Below the pieces are notes generated by a model. That model had not been told where the DNA came from, did no database searches, and saw only the letters and a list, made by a program, of their open reading frames with translations. Positions 1 through 12,300 of a stretch of 64,000 bases of DNA are shown one piece after another. The first letter of the stretch is position 1, and each line of letters starts with the position of its first letter. A program made the translations under genes and the position numbers. Source of the stretch: Felis catus (taxonomy: Eukaryota); the NCBI RefSeq assembly GCF_018350175.1, contig NC_058369.1, positions 26,352,001-26,416,000 of the forward strand, written 5' to 3'.

Positions 1-271
1 ACTGCAGTATCTCAGGAAAGTTGGAAAATAGGACTTTGGGGCCTGCCAAGGTCAAGACCTGTTTGATCTTCACTGGACTAGAGAAGGGATGGAACCCAGG
101 TCAGCTTCTTTCTATCAACTGTACAGACCCTTGTATTTTAAAAAACCACCTCCTGTGAGCTGATCTCATCAGGCACCACCAGCTGCTCAGACTCCTCCCT
201 GTTCCAGGAGGCTGTGTGCAGAATGTAAACCCTCTGCTGCTTTCTTATGTGCTCTTTGTTCTTTTCCAAAG

Positions 272-373
272 GCAAAACCAAAAGACCCATTCCTAAAGAA
301 GTACTGCAACCCTAAGAAGATCCAGGGCCTTGAACTCCAGCAAATAAAAACATATGGGCGGCAAATATTAGAG
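272..373 (+). CDS. PXK: PXK coding exon (102 nt, AKPKDPF...GRQILE)
   Basis: ccaaag|GCA acceptor, GAG|gtaaga donor, open frame. Confidence 0.95.
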
Positions 374-3300
374 GTAAGAGGTATTTAATATTTGTTTAAG
401 CTGCATTGGAATTTCATCCAGTTTACTGTATTCTTTTGGGAAAGTTCTTAGGCAACATCCAAAATAGTTTAAGTTGTCTGATCACTTATAAACTGATGGC
501 ATTGTCCCATTTTATCCCAAAAAGCAAATATTTCAGACCTAAGACAGCAGTTTAGATCTACAAAATTACCAAAGCTTAGCTATTGGAATTTAGTGTCTGA
601 TTTTTAAGAACTTTACTGTGCAGATACCAACTTTTGTGTTATGTTTGGTTGATCTTTATCTTTGTGCCAATATTGTTGGTTTTGTTTTGTCAAGATGTAA
701 CCGTATGGCTCCCTTGCATAAGTGTAACTAGCATGAAAAGGCTTTCCCGTTTTCTTTCTACATCAGTGTTCTCCAGGCTCCTTGGATTGTGAGACCCTAT
801 CAGTGAAAATAATTTAAACATAACCCCACCCCACCCCCCCGCCGATGTTACATATATTTAACTATTATATGCGTACCCTACTACTAATATATGTTGTACA
901 TTGTAAGTTAGGAAAGAAGGAGATTAAAAACAAAACAAGAAGAAGGAGAAGTTAAAGTGGCACCTGAGTGGCTGAGTGGTCTGACTCTTGATTTTGGCTC
1001 AGGTCATGATCTCACAGTTTGTGGGTTTGAACCCTGTGTCAGGCTCCATGGTGACAGTACAGAGCCTGCTTGGGATTCTTTCTCCCTCTCTCTGCCCCAA
1101 CCCTGCTGACATGCGTGCGTGCTCCGAAGGAAGGAAGGAAGGAAGGAAGGAAGGAAGGAAGGAAGGAAGGAAGGAAGGAAGGGAAAAGGGAGAAGTTGTA
1201 TCATTTTCTTCCAGTCCTCAGTAGATTGCCCTGGGCACCCCCTTTGGCTAGCACTGCTCTAGTTCACAAGGTCTTTGTGGGGGTTTATCTAGGGATCTGG
1301 ATTACTGGATGAGCCACTGTTTATTAAATGGCAGGAAAAGTTTGCTTCTTTCTGTGGGAGCCGGTCATATGTTTCTGTTAATAAACAGCCCAGTATATTC
1401 TGAGAAGAGATTGGTCTAGAGATGTCTTCAGCTCAACCTCTTTTCCTGAATAACTTTGGCCGATGCCCTGACATGATAGCTTTACTCATCTGTGCAGGAG
1501 GATCAAGACTGTGGCCTGAAAAGAGCTGGCCCGTTGAGATCAGAAAGTGCTTAAAGTAGAGCTTTTTGGCACCAAAGGTGTTAACCCCAAGTACATGCAG
1601 ACTGCTCCTCTGTTGTTTGGAAATGAGGGAGCTTATTGTTGTGTCTCATATCTGGAAAGCATTCAGCATCATCCCCTTCTCCAAAGAAATGGATGGAAGT
1701 GGCATTTTTCTTTAGGAATCTCCTCAGTGACCTCTTTGGTTTTGTTTCACAATGTATTGACTTAAAATACAAATTTAACCTGTCTCATAGCTGAATGAAT
1801 TGGGGGAGAAAATGTAACCTATACATATTTTTTAATAGGTACTAAAGTTTCTACATGACAAGGGATTCCCTTATGGGCATCTGCATGCCTCCAATGTGAT
1901 GCTAGATGGTGACACTTGCCGGCTGCTAGACCTTGAGAATTCTTTATTGGGCCTTCCTTCCTTCTACCGATCCTATTTCTCACAGTTCAGGAAAATCAAT
2001 GTAAGTTGCTAAAAGTAACAAAACAGAAAGTTCATTTTTTGGTATAAATTGCCCCCATGCAGGACCCATGATCTGCCCATGTAAGAAATATGCACTAAGC
2101 AGTGAGAGGTACAGGCAGGGTAGGCCATGCCTCTTAGCCCTCTTCCTCCTACAGAACATCACTGTACCTCCAAGAGCCTTGTTGAAATGGTAGATGGGAC
2201 ATGGAGAGATGTAGAATCACTGACTGGAAAACAGTGGAGTAGGACCAAGATCTTGAGTCAAAGTAATGCCTTGTGAGCTTTTGCAAAAGGCTTTGGAGTT
2301 GTGTTTTCACTACCAGTTGTGGGTGGAGTTGCCCCTGGGCCATGTTTCTCAGTGGAAGTGTAGGAAAGGAGCATTGGAATTCACAAACCCAAACTGAAGG
2401 ATGACCACGCTGCTGCTGTCTTGTCTTCCACAGACATTGGAAAGTGTGGACGTCCACTGCTTTGGCCACTTACTGTATGAAATGACTTATGGACGACCGC
2501 CAGACTCAGTGCCTGTAGACTCCTTCCCTCCTGCACCGTCTATGGCTGTGGGTTAGTATGGGGTTTGAAGGAGTCTTCTGGGCGCTGGTAGTCTGCAGAG
2601 TTACTCACCCCCTTTCCAGAGTCCAGGAAGGACCCAGAGGAAGTTGGCATGCTCCACAGTCAATCAAATCCAATTTAAAAGTCAACAAAGTCTGAGCAAT
2701 TTATTTACATGCACTTCACTAAAAATTCAGATGGCTTGTCCATTTGTCAGGCTATCTGAAACCTCAGGAGATGTTTTGTAACTGTTTTTAGAATTTTGAA
2801 AATAGGTTGTAAAAAGAAGTATGGCTGGACTGAGTCTGATAGAAAAGCAGAAACCAGGAGCAGGCAAATTGAAGGCAGCCTTTCGACTAGGGCAGGTGTT
2901 GGGAGCCAGACTGAGGCCGAAGTGGGACCTGCAGGGAACAAGAGAACCAGGGGCTGGGCCTCTTATAAATAAAAGCCTGGCAGGACGAGCGTGAGGAGGG
3001 GTAGGCAGGTAGATGCCTGGAAAATTGGATCCAGGAGTTCTTCCAGCATTACTGAGGGGACCGAGGAGAGTCCGAGGCCAGGTGGGAGACACCTTTGGGA
3101 GAGGGATGTAGGAACTGATGCACACTCATCCAGGGACCCTTTCATGCCCTCCACGGCCAGCTCAGAACTCACTGCTAGAGCACTGAGAAGGGAGGGCAGG
3201 GTAGCTCCTGCACCCCCAAGTCTTCAAGATCTGCAAGCTAAGCCTCCACCAAGTGCTAGTTCTGTGTCAAATGAGGTGGTTCAAAAGAACAGGCCCTGAG

Positions 3301-6300
3301 ACGACTTTGTGTTGAGTTTGAACAGCTGAAACTCAACAGTGACCTGTGAGTAGAAAAGTCTGGCTGCTTTTGTTTATATATCATCCAAGGTGTTGGATGA
3401 TGAGGTATCAACAGTTGGCATTTTGTGTGCTGGTTTTGATTAAAGGCACACAAGCAGCAAAATGTCTTTCAAGTTCAGAACTTTCTGTGTGGTGTTTACT
3501 TCTCTTTTAAGAGAGCAAACACTTTTATGAATGATATCTTGAGTCCTTCCTCCAATTATCTTTGAGATATATTTAGCTTTCTGTCAGCATGTGGTTTCTG
3601 AACCATTTATTTTGAGTCATCGGTAACATCCATGGTGCCAACATCCCCCTCCCCCGTGTATGCCATCTGTCTGTGCGTGAAGAGTTTTGACACCATCCTG
3701 ATCAGCCTGCAGACAGTTGTTGCGAAGTGGTGTCAAACTTTTCATCACCAAGTGGATTTGCCAGCATGTTCTGTGGAACTAAAATGTGTATCTGTTCATT
3801 TCAAGTGGCCGTGTTGGAGTCTACGCTGTCTTGTGAAGCCTGTAAAAATGGCATGCCTACCGTCTCCCGGCTCTTACAGATGCCGTAAGTCAATCATATG
3901 CCTTGGTTGTAATCTTCATAACTATGTCAAACGCCAGCCTACTAACCCAGGTGCTTGGTACCATAGTAAATACCCAATCGTGGTCCTTGCAGAGTTAGAG
4001 TGACCTGCTTGCTGTTGGTCACTTGCAGCATGATATCATGACCTTTCCTCGTGACCTCTCTGCTACCATAGTCTGATGGCTCTGCTTTGATGTCCACACT
4101 CTCACACGTGTCTCTCCCTGTCGGTGTTAGCATTGTGTGTGTGTGTACATATGGCATCCCCCACCTAGGAAATCCTGACAGAGGGCTTGCTCAAGCGCTG
4201 TCCTTTATGGCCCTGTTTCAGCACACCAGTTGGCCCTCAGCTGTGACTGGTTCACAAGTCATAGGCCTCAGTGGATCCAACTCTAAGAGGAGGGTAGCAC
4301 GTTTCTTGCCTCCCATGCACTTGTTTGTTCCTTTGCTCCCTGAGTAACATTTATTAAACATCTGACATGTACCAGGCCTTGTGCTAGGGGCTTAGAGCTC
4401 AGAAGGCATTCTCCCTTAAACTGGGTTATGAATAGTTAAGCAAGACAATTGAAATAGTACTTTGGGGCCTTGCCTCTCAGTATATTTTCTATCCCTTCTT
4501 AGAGAGGCAGCAGGTGGTTAAGTAGAATGTGTCTGAGGCTTAGACATAACCTCTAAGGGTTATGGGGGTGGACCTAGCTTCACCACTTCTACCTGGGTGA
4601 CCTTTGGCAGGTTTCCTGTCTAGAAGCTGAGTTTCCTTATCTGTAAAATGAGGATGATAATAGGACCCACCTCAGAAGGTTATTGGGAGGATTTAATGAG
4701 ATGATTCCTGATAAAGTGCCAGGTACTTAATAAGTGCTTTTTATTTTATTTTATTTTTAAAGGAGTTCTCTCTCTCTTTTTTTTTTTTAAAGTTGATTTA
4801 TTTATTTTGAGAGTGAAAGAGAGAGAACATGTGAGTAGGAGAGGGGCAGAGAAAGAGAGAGAGAATCCCAAGCAGGTTCAGCCTTGTCAGCTCAGAGCCC
4901 GACTTGGGGCTTGAACCCACGAACTGTGAGGTCATGTCCTGACCTGAAATCAAGAGTCGGACATTTAACTGACTGAGCCTCCCAGGCACCCCAATAAGTG
5001 CTTTTCAAATGTTCATTATGATTAATACTGGTTCAGCTTATCTTTTGTGAACATGCCATGCCATGCAGTGTGCCCAGTGCTTTGTCTGTACCAGCTTGCT
5101 GTAGAACACATGTACTCAGGAAACAATAATGTGAGGAACAGGGCGGGACTTAGCTGGAAGTACATACAGCCAGAACTCAGAGGAGGTTGTGGTAAGTTCA
5201 GGTTCCTCGTGTTTAGAGAGGGTCTGCTATAGCTCAGGTGCCGTCCTAGGCCCCAAGGAAGCTGGTGCTGAGGCAAGCAGCCCAAGCCCTTGCCCTGAGG
5301 ATGTGACATATTAAAGTTATGCTGACACTGGCATGTCCCTCTCCCAAGCATCCTCCTTTAACAGCAATGTGAATACAGAAGAATAGATCCAGTTAGGGAA
5401 ATAAAATAATTTTCACACAAACTGGTAGAGGAAAATGCATTTGTGGTTAGGGAACAGCCCGTATCCATGTTGATTTACTTGGGTTTGCATTTGCAGCCCC
5501 CCTTCCGCCCCCCGAAGCTCTTCCATTCTCCACCCCGTCTTCCAGTGCTAAAGTGAATCCAAATTGCTTTTTCCTCACTTAAGTCTTTCTACCGTGTGGC
5601 CTTCAGCCTTGCGAAGAATACTTGAATATATGAAGAGGCGTGAGCTATGTTCAGTTAAAACATGTTTTCTGGAAGTAAATGGACCTGTGGCCTGGACAGG
5701 AGAGTTATGTCTCCACCTCCAGAGCCACCCCAGGAGCACTGTGGGGAAAAGTTAACAGTGTCATTTCTACTTGTGACATACTTCCTGTTTTTTAGAAAAG
5801 GGGAGACTCCTCAAGGAAAGAATCACGTACAGCCTTTTGGGCACTGTCCAAGCAGCCATTTAAATTCTCCCAACTGTTTTAGTCAAAGCAGTTCAGAATT
5901 CCTCATGCTGTTGTTTTTAGTAACACAATATTTTAAAAAGACTTATTTATTTTATTTTTAGGGAGAGAGTAAACAGGGGAAAGAAGGAAAGGGGGAGAGA
6001 GAAAGAGTTTTATCCTCCTCTGGTGTTTAAAAAAAGGTGGGGGCGGGGGTGGGAAATTGGTTCTTCTGTTCAGCAATATCTACTGTGTACATTATTTGCA
6101 ATATAATAAATATAGTAATATAATGAAATAATAATATAAGGATTTGCAAAACTGATTTTTTTTAAAGCATTATTGCTTTGCTATATAGCAGGAGATGTCT
6201 TCTGTCCCACAGGTGGGGAAATAACCTTCAGTACAGGGCTGACCCAGTCTCTTCCTGGTGTAGCCCCTCTAATATTAGGGAATAGGGGCGGCAGGGGTGG

Positions 6301-9300
6301 GGGAGGAGGTTCTGAGGTTTTTCCGAGGTCAGCCTGGGTGGCCTGTAAACTCCTTTGAGTTTGTTGATAAGCATGAACAAACTGGTAGATTGGGCCAGGG
6401 CTGAGAGATGTGGTGGGAACCTCATGGGCTAAAGATGTCTCATTCCATTTTGATCTGAGAGGACACCTGGCTTATGAAAACTTTTTTTTATTTCTTTTCT
6501 TTACAGGTTATTCAGTGATGTTTTACTAACCACTTCTGAAAAGCCACAGTTTAAGGTAAAGCAAATCGTATCATTTTTTTGGTTTGTGACATATATGAGT
6601 TGATTTTGAAACTTCGTGCTTTTAAAAAAATTATTGAGGTAGAACATGATGATTCGATATTTGTGTACATTATGAAATGATCACCAACCCTAGTTAACAT
6701 CTATCACTATATATAGTTTTCTTGTGGTGAGAACTTTTAAGATTTAGTCTCAGCAACTCTCAACTATACAATGCATTAATAATAGTCACCATGCTATACA
6801 TTATATCCCATGACTTACTCATTCTGGAACTGGAAATTTGTACCTTTTGGCCCCTTCACCCATTTCATCTGCCCCCTTCCCCCTCCCCAGCCCTGGCAAG
6901 TCTATTCTTTGTCAACAATCTGTCCTCTATGAGTTTGGGTTTTGTTTTGTTTTGTTTTGTTTTTAGATTCCACATATAGGTGAGATCATATGGTATTTGT
7001 CTTTCTCTGACTTATTTCACTTAGCATAATACCACAGAGCTCCATTCATGTTGTTGTAGATAGAAGGATTTCTTTCTTCTTTTTTATGGTTGAGTAATAT
7101 TCCATTGTATACACCCCCATTTTCTTTATCCATGCACCCATTGATGGACGCTTAGATTGTTTCCATATGTTGGCTATTGTAAATAATGCTGCAGTGAACA
7201 TGGGAGTGTATATCTTTTCAATTTAGTGTTTTCATTTCCTTCAGATATATACCCAGGAGGGGAATTGCTGGATCATATGGTAGTTCTATTTTTAATTTTT
7301 TGACAAACCTCCATACTATTTTGCCTAGTGGCTGTAGCAATTTAAATCTCCACCAGTAATGTACAAGGTTTCTCTTTTCTGCACATCCTCATCAAAAGTT
7401 GTTATTTCTCAGGGCGCCTAGGCGACTCAGTCAGTTGAGCGTCCGACTTTGGCTCAGGTCATGATCTTGTGGTTCACGAGTTTGAACCCTGCGTCAGTTC
7501 TGTGCTGACAGCGCAGAGCCTGGAGCCTGCTTCAGATTCTGTGTCTCCCTCTCTGTCTGCCTCTCCCCTGCTTGTACTCTGTCTCTCTCTCAAAAATAAA
7601 TCAACATTAAAATTTTTTTAAAAGTTTTTTCTCATCTTTTTGATAATAGCCATTGTAACAGATGTGAAGTGATACCTCTTGTGGTTTTGATTTGCATTTG
7701 CAGGATGATTAGTGATGTTGAGCACCTTTTCATTACCTGTTGGCCATTTGTGTGTCAAGTTAGTGCTTTTTTAAAGCGAACAAAAGAAGGTACAATATTT
7801 TTTTATTGGCATATAGTTAACATACCGTATCCTCTTATTTTGCATACATCAAAGTGATTTGATATTTTTACTTTTTTTTTCCTTTTTTCTTTAAAGAGAG
7901 TGTGAGCAGGGGAGAGGGACAGAGGGAGAATGTTTTTTTTTTTTTTTTTTAATGTTTATTATTTTGAGAGAGGGAGAGAGAGAGTGTACATGTGCACAAG
8001 CCAGGGGAGGACAGAGGGAGAGGGAAAGACAGAATCCTGAGCAAAATCCATGGTCAGCATGGTACCCAATGCAGAGCTTGATGTCACAACTGTGAGATCA
8101 TGACCTGAGCCAAAAGAGTCAAGCTTAACTGACTGAGCCACCTAGGCGCCCGATATTTTTATACTTTATGAAATGATCCCCATGATAAGTCTAGTTGCCA
8201 TCTTTTACCACACAAAGGTATTAAAATATTATTGACTGTATTCCCTATGCTGTATATTATATACCCATGACTTACTTATTTTACCTAAACTTACTTAGTT
8301 TAGGTACAGTATTTATAATAGTGAATATTTGAAAACAGTCATGTTTTACAATTAGGGAATAGTTTAATAATTATGGTACATCTGTTTAATAAAATGTTTT
8401 TTATCTAATAAAAGTAAATTTTATTTATTTATTTACTGTTTATTTATTTTTGAGAGAGAGAGTGTGAGCAGGGGAGGGGCAGAGAGAGAGGGAAACACAG
8501 TATCTGAAGCAGGCTCCAGGTTCTGGGCTGTCAGCACAGAACCCAGTGTGGGGGCCTGAACCCATGAGCTGTGAAATCATGACCTGAGCCAAAGCCAGTC
8601 GCTTAACTGACTGAGCCATCTAGGTACCCCCAAAAGTCAAACTTATAAAGACATGTAGTAGCACGAAAAATGATTATTTGGGCTTAGGGGGAAAAAGCAG
8701 GATATAAAATACAATGTGTGAATACCTGTGTCAAAAAAAAAAGGAATACTTGTGTCTAGAGAAAGGCAGGAAGGAAATATCCTGGGAAGTAGCAGTGTTG
8801 TGTAGTATCATGGAGAGAAAAAGCTCAGGTTGATGCCTTACTGTGCTTTTTTCATACCAGCCATTAATCTGAGGCTGGTTTTCTCAGACATGACATTTGA
8901 CATTTTGGGCCAGATGGTTGTTTGCTGTGGGGGGCTGTCCTGTGCATTGTCGGAGGTTAAGCAACATCGCTGGCCTGTACCCACTAGATGTGAGCAGTAC
9001 TTCCACCCCACACATTGTGACAATTAAAAAGGTCTCCAAAAATTGTCCAGTGGCCCCTGGAGAGAGGAGGGGGCAAGACTACCCCCATTTGAGATCCAGT
9101 CATCTATGGGCCTAATCTTTGAGTTGATGTTTACTCAGTGTGTACAGTTGATGAGTAACACCTGTTTATTGTCCTTGGTCAACTGAGATGATCTATGTGA
9201 GCGCCTGGTTCAGGGCCTGGCTCTCCTCAGTGCTCATGGTTGAGTTTGCTTTGGGCAGTAGAATGAAGGCTGATTCTTTCTCCTCTCCATATTCTAAAAG

Positions 9301-12300
9301 AAAATGTAATACTATTATTAAATTCAATTTAGGAAAAACAATGGGATCAGGAGATTGTACAGGAGAGGAAGAAGCTTTCCTCTGTCCTGTTTTTTGCCAG
9401 TCCGAGGAGTTCCAACAAAAACAGCTCATTTGGATCTGAAGTAGGAAAGAAAAACTCTTAAGTTCTTCTCTTCTTCACTGAAACTCCTCAGGAAATATAT
9501 TCAGCCTTGTAAATAAACATGTTCTTCCAACCCCTGAAAGTCCAGCCCAGGATTATTATTAGACCTTGTTCTTTCTCTGAATCAGAGCATCTGTGCAGCA
9601 ATGACAACGTGATTTTAAAAACCAAGGTTAATTTCTTGTATGTGCACTTTTTTTCTGGAAAGAGACACAAGAAACTGGTGACATCGGTTGCCTCCATAAA
9701 GGAGAACTAGGTGGCAGACTTCTTACTGTGTATGTACCCTTTCATATCTTTGAATTTTGAACCCTATTACCTACTCAAACGTTTTTTAAAAGAATAATAG
9801 AGACAAAAAAGTTCAATGTGATCCAGGTGTCTTGTTTCCCAGGCCTGAGCTCCTTGTGGCTTGAGAAACTAATAAATTAAGAGATGACAGGCTCAGAAGC
9901 ATGCCAGGCACCAGGCTATAGTTAAGAGCATCTTCTGGCAGGAAAAAGCTTACTCTTGGGAAATTTAGAAAGTAAATCTTTCACAGAGAAAATTCCTCTG
10001 AAGTTACAAAATAGTAAAATATTATAATTACTTGAATTTGTGTGTGTGTGTGTTCGTTCCAATAAGCTGTATATGTTTTTTATTTTTTATTATAAATGTA
10101 CAGTTGAGTAGTGTTAACTGTATTTACATTTGTTGTGTAACATATCCCTGGAATGTTTTTATCTTGCTAACTGAAACCCAAGACCCATCAAACAACTCCC
10201 CGTTAACTCATCCCCAGCCCTTGGCAAATACAATTCTACTCTCAGCTTCTAAGACTTTGACTATTTCAGATACCTCATATGAAATGGAAGCACACAGTAT
10301 TTGTTCTTTTGTGACTGGCTTATTTCCGTCATGTCCTTTAGGTTCATCAATGTTGTAGCATGTGACAGGATTTCCTTCTTTTTAAAGGCTGAATACTATT
10401 CCACTGTGTGTCTTTCAACGTTTTTTATTTTTTATTTTTTTTATTTTTTTAATTTATTTTTGGGACAGAGAGAGACAGAGCATGAATGGGGGAGGGGCAG
10501 AGAGAGAGGGAGACACAGAATTGGAAACAGGCTCCAGGCTCCAAGCCATCAGCCCAGAGCCTGATGCGGGGCTCGAACTCACGGACCGCAAGATCGTGAC
10601 CTGGCTGAAGTCGGACGCTTAACCGACTGCGCCACCCAGGCGCCCCTCCACTGTGTGTCTTAACCACATTTTGTTTTGCCATTCCTCTGCTGGTGGACAT
10701 TTAGGCATTTTTTACCTCTTGGCTATTGTGGATAATGCTGCAATGCACTTGGGTGTGCAAGTATCTCTTTTAAGATCCTGCTTTCAATTCTTTTGGATAT
10801 GTATACCGAGAAGTGGCATTGCTGGATCGTATGGTAATTCCGTTTTTAGTTTTTTGGGAACCTCCATGCTGTCTTCCACAGCAGCTGCACCATTTTACAT
10901 TCCTACCATCAGTGTGGTGGGACTCCCATTTTTCCACATCCTTGCCAACACTCGTTATTTTCTGTTGGTTTTGGTGGTGACCATCCTATGTGTATGAGGT
11001 GAGATCTCATTATGGTTTTCTTTTGCAGCCCTCTAATGATGAGAGGTGTTGATTAATCTTTTCGTATACTTGTTGGCCATTTGTAAACCTTTGGAGAAGT
11101 GTCTCTTCAGGCCCTTGACCCATTTTTTTCCCCTTAGATTTTCTGATCTTTTTTTTTTTTTCCAGCTTTATTCTAGTATAATCTATTTTTTTTGTGACAA
11201 ATCCATTTTTTAGTTGGGTTGCTTTTGTTGTTGTTGAGTTTTAAGAGTTCTTTATATATTTTGGCTCTTAATCCCTTATGAAATATAGGATTTCCAGTGG
11301 TTTTCTCCCATTCCATAGGTTCCTTTTTACTCTGTTGATTGTTTCCTTTGATGTGCAGAAGTTTCTAAAAAGTTCCATCTGTCTGTCTCTGCTTTTCTTG
11401 CCTTTGCTCTTGGTGTCTCGTCCAAAATCACTGTCAAATCCAGTGTCATGAAGCTTTTGTTTTGTTCTAGGACTTTTATACTTTTAGGACGTTAGTCCAA
11501 TTTTGAGTTAATTTTTGCATATAGTATAAGGCAGGGGTCCAGGTTCATTCTTTTACATGTAGATATTCAATTTTCCCAGCAGCATTTATTGAAGACACTG
11601 TCTTTTCTCTACTATGCCCCTTCTGGCACCCTCGTCAAAGATCATTTGACTGTACACATGAGGGTTTATTTCTAGGCTATTCTGTCTCTTTGGTTTGTGT
11701 ATCTGTCTTTAAGCCTGTATAACATTATTTTGATTTGTGTAGTTTTGTGTTATATTTTGGAATCAAGAAATGTGGTGCCTCCAGTTTTGGTCTTTTTTTT
11801 TCAAGATGGTTTTGGCAATTTGGAGTCCCTGGAGTATTACTTGAATTACTTGAAACATGTTTATTTATGCATTTTATATATTGCTTAAAAATGGTAATGA
11901 GGTAAGCATGATGGGGATGCCAGAGGTGTTCAGGATAGTATTCAAGTGGGTATTTTGTAACTGATTTTATTCCAGATGCCCTCCTTCATGATAACCAACT
12001 GCTCCTTTATCAAAACCAGGACTTGAGAACATCCCTGGCCATTTAACTCAGTGGATTATGTACTTTTTCTTCTTTCAGATTCCCACAAAGTTAAAAGAGG
12101 CATTGAGAATTGCCAAAGAATGTATAGAAAAAAGACTAATTGAAGAACAGAAGCAGGTAAATTGCTAGTAGTTCCTTATTGTTTTTTCATCTTTCAGTTT
12201 TCACATCCTGTGCCATAGTATTCACAGTGACTTACTTTTGACTGGCTGTTCATTCCATAAACATTTCTTGCATCCTCACTCTGAACTGGACTCCATGCTC

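Noticed and set aside
988..1312. ORFs with repeated KEGR / PSFL
   Set aside because: These are translations of a SINE and its (GAAG)n microsatellite.
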